From assembly GCA_001563335.1 (NCBI GenBank), contig LRSL01000063.1:1-45099 (forward strand): DNA of 45,099 nt, in the 5' to 3' direction. The translations under genes were made by a program, and so were the position numbers. This document shows positions 9,754-19,391 of the stretch, piece after piece (the stretch's first letter is position 1; each line of letters opens with the position of its first letter). The notes under the pieces were generated by a model. That model was not told the DNA's origin. It did no database searches and worked only from the letters and a program-made list of their open reading frames with translations. This stretch comes from Candidatus Thorarchaeota archaeon SMTZ1-45. GTDB taxonomy: Archaea > Asgardarchaeota > Thorarchaeia > Thorarchaeales > Thorarchaeaceae.

Positions 9754-10287
9754 ATGTTCTTGATGAGTTACGAGGAACTCAGAAAAACTGACCTATTTTC
9801 TTTTTTTAATTTCTCAGAGAGTGGAAGGCGACAGATAGCTGATGGGATGCAGGAGATCTATCTCAAACCTGGTGGATTTCAAGAGTTCATTGATATCAAA
9901 ATGAAAGTAGATAGGTTTCAGAAGGTGTTTCAAGGAGTACTCTATCTTGATAGAGATTGGATTGGAGGTCCCATGACCATAAGTCCATTTGGTAAGGATC
10001 TCGCAAAGAGCTTCATTGCTGCCATTACACCCCCGACTGATAGAAAGAAGGCTGACAACATTGTTACTACAATCTGGAACCTGCATGGTCCAAGTGATGG
10101 GATGGTTGCGTTACAACCTCAAAAGCCCAAAGATCTAGCAAAGGAACCGCTGATTGAAAAACTTGAGAATGTCTATCTTGGTGTTGAAGACAAATTTGAA
10201 ATGAAATTAGAAAAGTCACTCATCACAATTGAAAATGTCACTGATGTCGGTCGTAAGCGTTTAAAAATATCAATAGAATCAATCTAA
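9754..10287 (+). CDS. Hypothetical protein
   Basis: 177-aa ORF with GAGGA upstream and globular composition; no recognised motif. Confidence 0.65.
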   Translation: MFLMSYEELRKTDLFSFFNFSESGRRQIADGMQEIYLKPGGFQEFIDIKMKVDRFQKVFQGVLYLDRDWIGGPMTISPFGKDLAKSFIAAITPPTDRKKADNIVTTIWNLHGPSDGMVALQPQKPKDLAKEPLIEKLENVYLGVEDKFEMKLEKSLITIENVTDVGRKRLKISIESI

Positions 10288-10571
10288 AGATCATTTGCTT
10301 CCCATGCTATCATTATTGTTTTGGCAATGTCTCTTGCAGTTGCTCCAATAAATGAGGCTTCCATTTCTGCTAAAGTATTGGATATTCTCGTTTCAATGAT
10401 GTTCTCGTCCTCAGGTGCGCCAATGAGTGCTTCTTCAATATTTTGTATAGCTTCTTCTGGATGGAGGAAGAAATCACCAAGTATTTTGATGTTTTCAATT
10501 TGTCCTACGGAGACCTGAAGTTTTACCTTCACGAGTTTCCCATCTGGAATCTTGTAGCTGGACTCACGCAT
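10284..10571 (-). CDS. lplB: Lipoate-protein ligase accessory (C-terminal domain) subunit
   Basis: YKIPDGKLVKV...IKILGDFFLHPEE; directly downstream of the ligase catalytic domain gene. Confidence 0.85.
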   Translation of the reverse strand: MRESSYKIPDGKLVKVKLQVSVGQIENIKILGDFFLHPEEAIQNIEEALIGAPEDENIIETRISNTLAEMEASFIGATARDIAKTIMIAWEANDL

Positions 10572-10576
10572 GAATC

Positions 10577-11344
10577 TCACCTTGAGAAGTTCCACTCACT
10601 GGTTGAATATTTTTCCTCAGCAAGTCTTCTTGCTGTTTTTTCTTCTGCTGAGCTAAGTTTGCCTTGGGCTAATTCAATTTCTAAGGCTTCGGAGAATCCC
10701 TGTATGAGTGCTTTTTGCAATTCACTAATCTGAACATCTCTTTTTAACACATCTCGAATAGAAGTTACTCGCTCCCTAACATCTGCAATCATTTTGTCTG
10801 AGATTTTTTCTTGTGGTACCTTCAGGATTGAGAACATAAGGTTGACATCTAAATCCAACAAAATAGTTCCATGCTGTAAGACACAATCATGTCGTCGTGT
10901 CATTGCATTCCCAGAGATCTTCTTACCACCGACATCTACATCGTTGATGGGTTTGAATTCCCCTCTGATACCTAGATGTCCTAGAGCTTCCACTATTCCA
11001 CCACAGATAAGTCGATAGGAATCTAGTATATCGTTTGGTGCTAATCTGTGACCCTTTGGTATTATTATGCTATACGTGACTTCTCCTTCATAATCATGAT
11101 AGACCGCCCCACCACCTGTGATGCGACGTATGAAATCAATACCCCTTGATTGGCAGAACTCTACATCCACTTCATCTAACATACCTTGGAAAGTTCCTAT
11201 TGATACAGCTGAGGGTTTCCATCGATATAGTCTTAGAGTTGGAGAAGCATTTCCCTCTTTCATGGCCAGCATGATAGCTTCATCTGTAGCCATGTTCTGG
11301 TAGGCATTGTGTGTTTCCAAGTCAATGAATCGAAATTCTTCCAC
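10577..11344 (-). CDS. lplA: Lipoate-protein ligase / octanoyltransferase catalytic domain (BPL/LplA/LipB family)
   Basis: NMATDEA, RRITGGGAVYHD, KKISGNA, QHGT motifs. Confidence 0.92.
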   Translation of the reverse strand: MEEFRFIDLETHNAYQNMATDEAIMLAMKEGNASPTLRLYRWKPSAVSIGTFQGMLDEVDVEFCQSRGIDFIRRITGGGAVYHDYEGEVTYSIIIPKGHRLAPNDILDSYRLICGGIVEALGHLGIRGEFKPINDVDVGGKKISGNAMTRRHDCVLQHGTILLDLDVNLMFSILKVPQEKISDKMIADVRERVTSIRDVLKRDVQISELQKALIQGFSEALEIELAQGKLSSAEEKTARRLAEEKYSTSEWNFSR

Positions 11345-12334
11345 TCATACCACCAAGTTTGATTCCTTCATTGCTCTCAAAACTTCCTCCTCAGTCAGAC
11401 GTCGTGGATAATTGTACATCGGACCACGAGGTCTCTCATTATAGAAGGGGCGATTACAACCTTTGCAACCAGTTACCTGAAATGCAGCCCCTGATGATAA
11501 GGTTTGCCAAATCATCTCACTATCCATGTCTAATGAAACACTGCCATCTTCATTCTCACGAATTTGATTAGACTTGAGAAGACCTTTAGAAACCAATTGC
11601 CTAACTGCTTGAATTCTTCGATATGATGAGAGGTCCGGTGGAGGTCGATCTTCTAGTGAGGTGCCCTTGATATTTGTGAAGGCAAATAGTCCGACGCTTA
11701 TTCCAATCCCATACATTTCAAGAATGAAATCTGCGGCTTCCTTCTCTGTTTCTCCTAGACCAACTATAAGATGAGTGGTCACATGTCCTTTACCAAAAAT
11801 TTGTAATGCATTTTTAAGTCCCAAGCGATGAGTTTCCCATCGATATGCAGCTCCACGATGTTCTCCCTTGATTTTATCAAAAAGTTCGGGTGTACTTGCA
11901 TCAAGTGCAATCCCAATATTCGAAACTCCAATTTTTTTCAACCTTATCAAATCATCTGGTTGGATAGGATGAATTGCTACAGATATTGGTAGTTTGGAAA
12001 CTTTTCGTAGTTCACTTACTATTTCCACAACATCCTCTACTACGTTAGGATAGCAAATAGTCTGAACGCATATCCTTCTAAACTGACCTAGTGCAGGCCA
12101 ATTCTGAATAACTTCTTTTAGATAATAATCAGGCCAAGAAATCCGAGATAGTCTATCAGATGTGGATGTACTTTCTTGAGCTTGCGGACAGAATGCACAA
12201 TTTGCTTCACATCCTTCCTCCCGAAAGGTCATGAAGAAAGCTGTTGTGAAATTTGGATCCTGGTTTCCTGATTCAAGCCCAATCTGAATAGCTGTCCCCA
12301 AAGATAGACGAACTCTCTCAAACAAGATCATCAT
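11345..12334 (-). CDS. lipS2: Radical SAM protein, LipS2-type lipoyl synthase subunit
   Basis: CEANCAFC (CxxxCxxC), HLIVGLGET and TGCKGCNRPFYNE resembling the LipS2 TxGCPxC(N/D)RP signature; abuts lplA. Confidence 0.8.
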   Translation of the reverse strand: MMILFERVRLSLGTAIQIGLESGNQDPNFTTAFFMTFREEGCEANCAFCPQAQESTSTSDRLSRISWPDYYLKEVIQNWPALGQFRRICVQTICYPNVVEDVVEIVSELRKVSKLPISVAIHPIQPDDLIRLKKIGVSNIGIALDASTPELFDKIKGEHRGAAYRWETHRLGLKNALQIFGKGHVTTHLIVGLGETEKEAADFILEMYGIGISVGLFAFTNIKGTSLEDRPPPDLSSYRRIQAVRQLVSKGLLKSNQIRENEDGSVSLDMDSEMIWQTLSSGAAFQVTGCKGCNRPFYNERPRGPMYNYPRRLTEEEVLRAMKESNLVV

Positions 12335-12337
12335 CTC

Positions 12338-13318
12338 TCATTTGACTTGACCTGCTTTAACCGTGTTGTTGCTACTAACTATTCGTAATTCATGTAGGTC
12401 TCCTTCATTGAAAAGATCCTTGAATTGACCGTATCTCTTGGGAATTAGTATGAGTTGTGGTACTTGCCTCTTTGTATAATGTTTGGAATAGATAAAGCAA
12501 GAGAGCCCCCGCAGTTCAGTCATGTCCAGGAAAGAGGTTATTGATGGACCACGATCGAAAAGAGTAGTACCAGATTTGGACTTACGTATAGTGCCTACTG
12601 AGGAGTCCAATAGATAGACCTGTGTGCCTTCCCTTAGGTGTTCTGAACCAATTACTCCCCCGATTTTGTAGTGTGAGAGTCCTCCATCCAGAATTCCTTT
12701 GAGTTCCTCATCCTCACTTACTGCTGGGAGACCTACTAGATCTCCGATTGAAGCTTGCCCAAGATTCTCTGCGTAACCAACAATATGATCCTTAGTCACA
12801 GAACAAACTAGGAATTCATTTTTCTTATTAACACTCCGCGTTTTTTTGGCTTCGAAATGATACGTTAACTCAAGGGGGTAGGATTTAGTCGAACGTTCAA
12901 ATGATTCTGATGGTACTATCTCAACATGATAATGTGGCCCAGTCCAATAATTGAAATAACGAGAACGTATTGCATGCCCTATCTTACCACCCATGCTGAC
13001 GGTTTCTCCAACAGACACAGTTGGTTCACAATGCATTATACGTACTATGTCATTATTCGATTCCTCAGGAAGTATACCAATTGCATAATCGAAATCATGA
13101 GTCGGAAAATCCTTTGGTTGTCCCATCCTCATTTTCTTGATCTTCACGACTTTTCCGGAAACAGGGGAAACAACATCGCCATACCAAACCTGATGTCGAG
13201 GATAGATATCTATCGCTGATCCAATATCATGGCCCACGTATGGACTATTGAAGTACGAGAAATAGGCATCTTCTGGAGCCTGAATGCTAATTCCGGCTGT
13301 AGATCCAACGACACGCAT
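12338..13318 (-). CDS. Archaeal M23-peptidase-like protein without signal peptide
   Basis: SPYVGHDIGSAID, SPVSGKV, RIMH, VSVGETV, PHYHVE. Confidence 0.65.
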   Translation of the reverse strand: MRVVGSTAGISIQAPEDAYFSYFNSPYVGHDIGSAIDIYPRHQVWYGDVVSPVSGKVVKIKKMRMGQPKDFPTHDFDYAIGILPEESNNDIVRIMHCEPTVSVGETVSMGGKIGHAIRSRYFNYWTGPHYHVEIVPSESFERSTKSYPLELTYHFEAKKTRSVNKKNEFLVCSVTKDHIVGYAENLGQASIGDLVGLPAVSEDEELKGILDGGLSHYKIGGVIGSEHLREGTQVYLLDSSVGTIRKSKSGTTLFDRGPSITSFLDMTELRGLSCFIYSKHYTKRQVPQLILIPKRYGQFKDLFNEGDLHELRIVSSNNTVKAGQVK

Positions 13319-13380
13319 TAGGCTGACCTCTTGAAGGAGAAGAGTGCCTGCTCCGACAAGTAAGCATGCAGCACCCTCTC

Positions 13381-14751
13381 TTATGCTTCTTTAGCTGCAG
13401 CATAGATTGGCACAAGTCTTTCCTTCCAGGCGTTTAAGCCCTTGGGAGAGGAGGGATATTCCCTGTAAACTCTTCTTATGTCGTTCATGAGACCTGCAAC
13501 TTTTGACACACGAAGTAGGAGAGGTATCTTGCCAAACCCTGCAACAAGTCGCTTGAACTTCTCGCCAGCACCAAACTTCACCTCACCAGTCATTGATGTG
13601 TCAAGAAGGTCACTTGCTTTGATCACTTGTTTTCTGAAAGCAAAGTCAATATCTTCATTGGTGATGTTCAACAAGAACCATCTAAAGACATCAAGAGCGG
13701 CTTGTTTTGATCCATAGCTCTTGTGATAACGTGGATTATAGTCCCAGAGTGCTTCGATTGACGTATCATTCTTTTCAAGTGCCTCAGATGCAACTATTCC
13801 TGCATGAGCACCACCCAATAGTGATGAGCCAATTCCACCTCCATGAATGGGATTCACTTGACATGCAGCATCCCCGACAAGCATGAAGTTGTCATCAACC
13901 ATCGTATCAATAGGTCTCCGAATTGGTGCAACTCCACCGCTGCTATCAATGACTTTCACCTTCCCCCATAAATCAATCCAAGTCTTCTTTACAAAATCAT
14001 ACTGTATGTCTTTTGGATTTCGATGCCCCTCAATAGTCATTACACCATTTCCAACATTAACGCGGTTCTTCCCCTGTGGGAACACCCAAGTATATCCACC
14101 TAGAGTTTCTTCTTGGTTCCAGAATATTTCAAGAATATCAGGAGTTTCAAATTCATAATCAGGGGTTTCGTAGATGTCACGCCAAGCAACCATTCGGTCT
14201 TCACTTGCGATGTGACACTCTACTGGAGAGGTTTCAGGAAGTTGCATTCGAAGCATACCTGTTGCTCCTGTGGCATCTACAACTATGCGACTCATGACCT
14301 CTCTTTCTGAGCCTCCTTCCTCTGAAAGTTTGACACCAGCTACTTTTCCATCATCGAAGATTAGTTTCTTCACGCGAGTTGAAGAAATGACCTCTGCTCC
14401 AGCACTCTCTGCAAGTCCAACAAACCACTGACCCATTTTGAGTCGATTGAAGGACATACCAGTTGTTGTGGGTCCTTGCATTCTCAATCGATGATCCCTG
14501 TCTGGTGCAATTAGATCAATGCCATTAACCTCATACTCGACAATTCCTTTTGGGAGTTCAGGAATGCCAACTAGCTCTCGTAGCTCACTAATATGATGAG
14601 AGCCTAGAGCATCACCACAAGTCTTGTTCCCTATATTGTTTCTTTCCTTCCTATCTATGAGAAGTACTGAATGTCCTCTTTTGGCAAGTGTGTAAGCAGT
14701 GGTTGCTCCTCCGGTTCCAGCACCTGCAACAATAACATCATAGTCAGTCAT
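13381..14751 (-). CDS. Digeranylgeranylglycerophospholipid reductase (geranylgeranyl reductase family, Sulfolobus type)
   Basis: GAGTGG FAD motif, IGNKTCGDA, GGYTWVFP (YxWxFP), VGDAACQVNPIHGGGI. Confidence 0.9.
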   Translation of the reverse strand: MTDYDVIVAGAGTGGATTAYTLAKRGHSVLLIDRKERNNIGNKTCGDALGSHHISELRELVGIPELPKGIVEYEVNGIDLIAPDRDHRLRMQGPTTTGMSFNRLKMGQWFVGLAESAGAEVISSTRVKKLIFDDGKVAGVKLSEEGGSEREVMSRIVVDATGATGMLRMQLPETSPVECHIASEDRMVAWRDIYETPDYEFETPDILEIFWNQEETLGGYTWVFPQGKNRVNVGNGVMTIEGHRNPKDIQYDFVKKTWIDLWGKVKVIDSSGGVAPIRRPIDTMVDDNFMLVGDAACQVNPIHGGGIGSSLLGGAHAGIVASEALEKNDTSIEALWDYNPRYHKSYGSKQAALDVFRWFLLNITNEDIDFAFRKQVIKASDLLDTSMTGEVKFGAGEKFKRLVAGFGKIPLLLRVSKVAGLMNDIRRVYREYPSSPKGLNAWKERLVPIYAAAKEA

Positions 14752-14754
14752 GAA

Positions 14755-15489
14755 TTACACCTTTTTTGACATTTGCCAAGTCTGTTCTAGAAAACCTTCG
14801 AGTTGCATCGATATCAAAGGAGTATCTGTCCAGCCACACGCACTCATGTCAGGCATTGAAATCAATGCTTCCTCTGAGTCAATCACTATATCGATTGCAA
14901 GAGTATCTTCCTTAATACGCTGTTGGAAGTTAGGAATTCTAATATCGCTTCCTTTTCCCAAAATTGATTGAATCTTCACACTACGATTACTAGCCTCATG
15001 TAATGCAAAAATGACACTATCACCAAGATTCTCCATCCTAGGAGCAACCAGAACTATCGTTTTCTCTGCCCTTTTAATCATAGATAATATCTTTGACATA
15101 ACTTCCTGCTGACCTCTTATTGTGTAAATGAGTGCAGGTGTAGCTTTGGTTGAGACTCTTGACTCCTGAAGTTTAGAGAGGTCTTCAAATAACTGCTTCA
15201 ACTTTGAAGTCAGTGTTTCTTTTAGATGTGAAAGAGGAGCGAACTGGTACACCTTAGGACGTCCTTCGTGTTGGACAACCAATCCCTTTCCAACAAGTGT
15301 GTCAAGTATTGAGTATAAGTTTGCGTGATGAATTCCTGTTTCTTCAGAAAGATCAGAAACAGTTGCAGAATCCATCATATTGAGCGCTAGAATTACAGCA
15401 GTTTCATGCACCCCAAAACCAATCTCTCTTAGAGTATTAGCGGCACGAACGCTGGTTTTGTCTGCTGTCTTCAAGCTTGGCAAATTCAT
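14755..15489 (-). CDS. TrmB family transcription regulator
   Basis: N-terminal wHTH LYSILDTLVGKGLV..GRPKVY, followed by an effector domain. Confidence 0.88.
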   Translation of the reverse strand: MNLPSLKTADKTSVRAANTLREIGFGVHETAVILALNMMDSATVSDLSEETGIHHANLYSILDTLVGKGLVVQHEGRPKVYQFAPLSHLKETLTSKLKQLFEDLSKLQESRVSTKATPALIYTIRGQQEVMSKILSMIKRAEKTIVLVAPRMENLGDSVIFALHEASNRSVKIQSILGKGSDIRIPNFQQRIKEDTLAIDIVIDSEEALISMPDMSACGWTDTPLISMQLEGFLEQTWQMSKKV

Positions 15490-15525
15490 TTCAGTCAGTA
15501 AATTATGTGCAATTACTACTTAAAA

Positions 15526-16452
15526 CTATTTCTGAGTAGCAAAACCTGTGAGAATTTCTTTGACAATATCTCGAGCAGCAATTGCAGTAATTCCTGATGA
15601 GTCAAGTAGAGGATTCAGCTCAACTATATCCGCATATCGAACCTTCCCAGTATTAAAAATGAAGATGATAAGTTCTAAAAGATCAACCATAGAGAGACCA
15701 CCTGACTCAGGATGGCTCACTCCAGGAGCAATCTGCGGTGATAAAACGTCCATATCAACTGAAACGTACAGAAACTCTACTCTTTTACCAATTTCATTGA
15801 CACGATTTTTAAATTGGTCTTTTGATAGGATTGGAGCTTTAGTTCCAGTAATCTCCTCTCGCTGGTCAGGAAGTGCTGAACGAAGGTCATATCCAGCAAT
15901 ATCTTCCATAGACACTAATCCACCATCTACAATCCTTCTCACACCAGTTGAGTGTGAGAGTTGATATCCGCCCATGTCTGGATACAAATCTGCATGCGCA
16001 TCTAGATGGATCAAACCATATCGACCAGGACGACCTCTTTTCAACCCCTTAAGTATTGGAAAAGTTATGAAATGGTCCCCACCAAGAAAAAGAAGATTAC
16101 TCTCTTTTAGTGCAAGTTTGGCACATGCCTCAGATATGTCCATTGCAGCAGCTTCCGGAAGCCTTAGCATAACTTCTAAATCTCCAACATCTTCCAATGT
16201 GATACTCTTCGTTAGAGATTCATCAATTGCATCTTTTCGCCCTAGAGAGAGAGGATAACTATGTGACCTCTCACTGTCTGTAGCCCGACGAATTGCGTCA
16301 GGACCAAACCGAGGTCCAGGCAAGAAACTTGATGTCAGATCATAGGGGATACCAATAACCCCGACATCAGGGTTTCCTAAGTCTGGGGCAGGAATTCCAA
16401 AGAAACTTCTCGGTAATCTCAGATAACCATTCAGTTCATCCTTGAGGGGCAT
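15526..16452 (-). CDS. speB: Agmatinase (arginase/ureohydrolase family)
   Basis: GPDAIR, GGDH, DAHAD, SVDMD, PESGG, VELNP metal-binding motifs; substrate not provable from sequence. Confidence 0.8.
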   Translation of the reverse strand: MPLKDELNGYLRLPRSFFGIPAPDLGNPDVGVIGIPYDLTSSFLPGPRFGPDAIRRATDSERSHSYPLSLGRKDAIDESLTKSITLEDVGDLEVMLRLPEAAAMDISEACAKLALKESNLLFLGGDHFITFPILKGLKRGRPGRYGLIHLDAHADLYPDMGGYQLSHSTGVRRIVDGGLVSMEDIAGYDLRSALPDQREEITGTKAPILSKDQFKNRVNEIGKRVEFLYVSVDMDVLSPQIAPGVSHPESGGLSMVDLLELIIFIFNTGKVRYADIVELNPLLDSSGITAIAARDIVKEILTGFATQK

Positions 16453-16520
16453 AAGCCCAACAGGTTTTCCTTACAAAATAAATATGCTGTAAAAAGAGAG
16501 TAAAAGAAAAAGGGGTGTGA

Positions 16521-16550
16521 AACCCTGAGAAAATCATACTTCTCAGGGTT
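16521..16550 (-). terminator. Hairpin plus U-rich tract downstream of the surface protein gene
   Basis: aaccctgagaa-N8-ttctcagggtt (11-bp stem), followed on the minus strand by ctttttctttt. Confidence 0.65.
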
Positions 16551-16562
16551 CACAAATTGAAT

Positions 16563-18218
16563 CTAGACCTGATAGGTACCTCCGCCGCCTCTGCCGCGTG
16601 CCATGAGAACAATATTAACAACTGCACCCAAGGCAACTGCACCACCCATGATGGCTGTGAATGGATATCCTTCCCAAAACATCTGCTGGAGAAGACCCAG
16701 TATTTCTGGACTAACAGTAACACGATCCATGTGAGTTCGTTTGGAGAACGTGTTCTCTCCATAATCATATTCAAACTCTGCAGGGGCAAATGCATAAACT
16801 CCCTCATACTCAAAGGTGACGCTATACGTAATAGTCATCGTTCCATCAGGGAGGAGAATCGCTTCATCAGCAGAAGTTTCGCCTGTCACGTCGACTGAAA
16901 TGGGATATGTTCCTGCAATGCTATCATCTACAAGGCTTAAGTTGTAAACTGGTTCTGTTCCTTCGTTATGTACAGTAACAGTAACCTCTACTGACCCACC
17001 TGGTGTGGTTTCAATAGGATCGAAAGTCCTAGTGATGGTGACAAGAGGTGGAAATGCACCAGGTTCGAAATTAATAGTATAATCAGGTATGTCTGAGTAG
17101 GCTGTTGCATTCCAGAAGACTACACTCGCATTTGCATCATAGAATGTTCGATTGAGTGCTTCATCCTCAGGAGAATATGATGTTAAATTCATATTCGGCG
17201 GGAGAAATGCTGCAACTAAAGATTGACCGGTATCCAGACCATTTACAACACCAGTTGGTGGTTTGCCAAGTAGATCTTCAAAGATATTGAGTTCGTCAGA
17301 ATTCGTTGAAAGAATCTGATCTCCAATATATCCAGCTGCAACAATTGCCATGGGGCCATCAAGCTCTGGCATTTGCGAAAGCAGGAATGCTGCTGGTGGA
17401 ATCGGTTCTCCACCACCAAAGCTTTCAATGAGGTCCATAAGGTCACCCATATCAGGAACTGCAAGGAGTCCTGCGCCTGAAGCGCGTGCTGTAGTGAAGA
17501 CAGAGGAATCAATTGAGCCTATAAATCCACTCTGGTCCATTACATCAAGAACACTGTTGACAGCGTCTTCAAATGGATTGGTAACTTTGTAGATGAATAG
17601 GTTAATTCCTGTGAAGGGTAGATCAACCGGCTCGCCAATTATGCTTTCAATGAATTCCTCATCAATTCGGAGATTCAATAACTCTTCAAAATCAAAAGCA
17701 AATCCAGAGTGAAGATGGGCACGAACAGCAGCCATGTTTGTCTGAGCTTCAGCATCCGTCAGGTCGAAGTACACATTGATTAACAGACTAAAGTCAGTAC
17801 CAAGCATGTCAAATACTGAATCAATTGGTGATCCGCCTTCACCAAATTGCTGAGCCCATAATTCACCTCCATCTGAGAAATTGAAGAGCTCTGCTCCAAC
17901 GAGATCTAATATGTATTCCAAGAGTTCACCTTGTGTCGCAATTAGAGCCATCACAACACAACCATCATACATTGACTCACCGAGACCTAATTGTGAATCA
18001 GGGACTCCAAGTTGCCCGTAGATGACTGCAGGTGCACCCTGTTCATCAATAGCAGTAAATACAACTTCAGCTCCATTCTCAATAAGATTGAAGAAGAATT
18101 CCTCACCTACATCCTGAGCTAAAACTGCATTACTTGTGTTAGCAGCAGTTACAGCTGGAATTGAGAATAGGAACCCAATTGCAATTATGACAAATGCGTG
18201 CTTTTTGTTCAGTTTCAT
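16563..18218 (-). CDS. Secreted, C-terminally membrane-anchored surface protein with an Ig-like (BatD/CARDB/TRAP-beta-like) domain
   Basis: Signal peptide MKLNKK..AVTA, acidic body, several NxS/T sequons, GGSVEVTVTVHNEG...VYAFAPAEFEY domain, C-terminal TM. Confidence 0.8.
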   Translation of the reverse strand: MKLNKKHAFVIIAIGFLFSIPAVTAANTSNAVLAQDVGEEFFFNLIENGAEVVFTAIDEQGAPAVIYGQLGVPDSQLGLGESMYDGCVVMALIATQGELLEYILDLVGAELFNFSDGGELWAQQFGEGGSPIDSVFDMLGTDFSLLINVYFDLTDAEAQTNMAAVRAHLHSGFAFDFEELLNLRIDEEFIESIIGEPVDLPFTGINLFIYKVTNPFEDAVNSVLDVMDQSGFIGSIDSSVFTTARASGAGLLAVPDMGDLMDLIESFGGGEPIPPAAFLLSQMPELDGPMAIVAAGYIGDQILSTNSDELNIFEDLLGKPPTGVVNGLDTGQSLVAAFLPPNMNLTSYSPEDEALNRTFYDANASVVFWNATAYSDIPDYTINFEPGAFPPLVTITRTFDPIETTPGGSVEVTVTVHNEGTEPVYNLSLVDDSIAGTYPISVDVTGETSADEAILLPDGTMTITYSVTFEYEGVYAFAPAEFEYDYGENTFSKRTHMDRVTVSPEILGLLQQMFWEGYPFTAIMGGAVALGAVVNIVLMARGRGGGGTYQV

Positions 18219-18219
18219 T

Positions 18220-18801
18220 TTAGAATTCCTCCTTTGGTCGGACTACCGCCCCAACGATAGCAGCCACAATTACCACAATGACTGGTGTAAAGAACCAGAT
18301 GAGTAGTGGTGTGAGGAGCGTCATTAGTGAGCCAATGTCGAATCCCATTCCGCCTATTCCTGAAAGTAATGGCATTATTTGATCAATCATTCCTTGAATC
18401 AATGGAATTCCAAGTATGTCAACAAGTGAAGATCCAGGTGGCACGACAAATGAGCCAAATGCAATGCCTGACTGAAAAATCAGATATGCGCACAAGGCTA
18501 TGAGGGCAAGACACGAGAGCCAGGTCATCAGACCGACGACAAAGGCACCCTTTTTTGTTCCCGCCATCACGCCTCCTACGAAGCCAGCTGCTGCCCAAAT
18601 GGCTATCATTGTGAAATTACTCATTGGATTGACGAGTATTAGATTTACCAAAACAAGTGTTGGCCTCAAAAAATTTCCAAATTGAGGACCGAAAATGGCA
18701 ATCAAGGATTCATAGCCATTAGGTAACAGAAACCAACCTCCAAGGAGGACTATAGCAAGAGCAATGAGCCAACCGAAGTATTTGCTTGAAAATGATGAAA
18801 T
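18220..18801 (-). CDS. Integral membrane protein (about 4-5 TM), probable ATT start
   Basis: Frame extends 32 codons beyond the TTG at 18705, adding TM segment FGWLIALAIVLLGGWFLL; GGAGGT 7 nt before ATT at 18801; stop lies 1 nt before the next gene's start. Confidence 0.7.
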   Translation of the reverse strand: MSSFSSKYFGWLIALAIVLLGGWFLLPNGYESLIAIFGPQFGNFLRPTLVLVNLILVNPMSNFTMIAIWAAAGFVGGVMAGTKKGAFVVGLMTWLSCLALIALCAYLIFQSGIAFGSFVVPPGSSLVDILGIPLIQGMIDQIMPLLSGIGGMGFDIGSLMTLLTPLLIWFFTPVIVVIVAAIVGAVVRPKEEF

Positions 18802-19037
18802 AGCATATACCTCCTAACTAATTAAGATTCTAATACATTTTTCTTGATTTTTCACTATTAACACTTTGGCGGATGTTTCCACTCCATAAATCGGAAATGT
18901 TGGCGAGTGGAATCAGTAAGAGAGATATAGGCGGTATACAAATGTCCTCACGTTAGAATGGCGAAAGAAAGTCATTCTACATGTGAAAATGATGTGTTCT
19001 ATGGGACACAACAATTGTAATAGTAGGTCGGTGGAAA

Positions 19038-19391
19038 GTGGAGAAGGACACCAACGACGCAACAGTGTATGAATTGATCCAGCTAATGGCTTCGCTGAAT
19101 GACACCAGGAGAGCGATACTTCTGGCGCTGGCTCATATCTATCCTCGAAGTGTCAGTGGTGTTCAATTAAGCCGATTAATCGGTTACAGCGGAAAGTCAA
19201 GAAGTCTGTACAGAGGAGTAATATCCCATCTGCAAGAGAACGAAATGATTCAGATTGACCAGCTTACTCCTAAGCTTTACGCAATCCGAATAAATAATGA
19301 GCATCCGTTGCTCACTATTCTAGTCGATCTTTGCAGAGTTCATGGGAAACATTCACGAAAAATGTACCTGAAGGCATTGGAGGAAGAGTGA
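19038..19391 (+). CDS. Winged-helix DNA-binding protein
   Basis: RRAILLALA...SGVQLSRLIG...VISHLQENEMI (ArsR/MarR-like pattern). Confidence 0.7.
   Translation: MEKDTNDATVYELIQLMASLNDTRRAILLALAHIYPRSVSGVQLSRLIGYSGKSRSLYRGVISHLQENEMIQIDQLTPKLYAIRINNEHPLLTILVDLCRVHGKHSRKMYLKALEEE

Noticed and set aside
13381-14751. FAD oxidoreductase as LipT of the LipS1/S2 pathway
   Set aside because: Length, IGxKxCGDA and YxWxFP motifs fit an ordinary archaeal lipid geranylgeranyl reductase; proximity alone is insufficient, though phylogeny could revisit this
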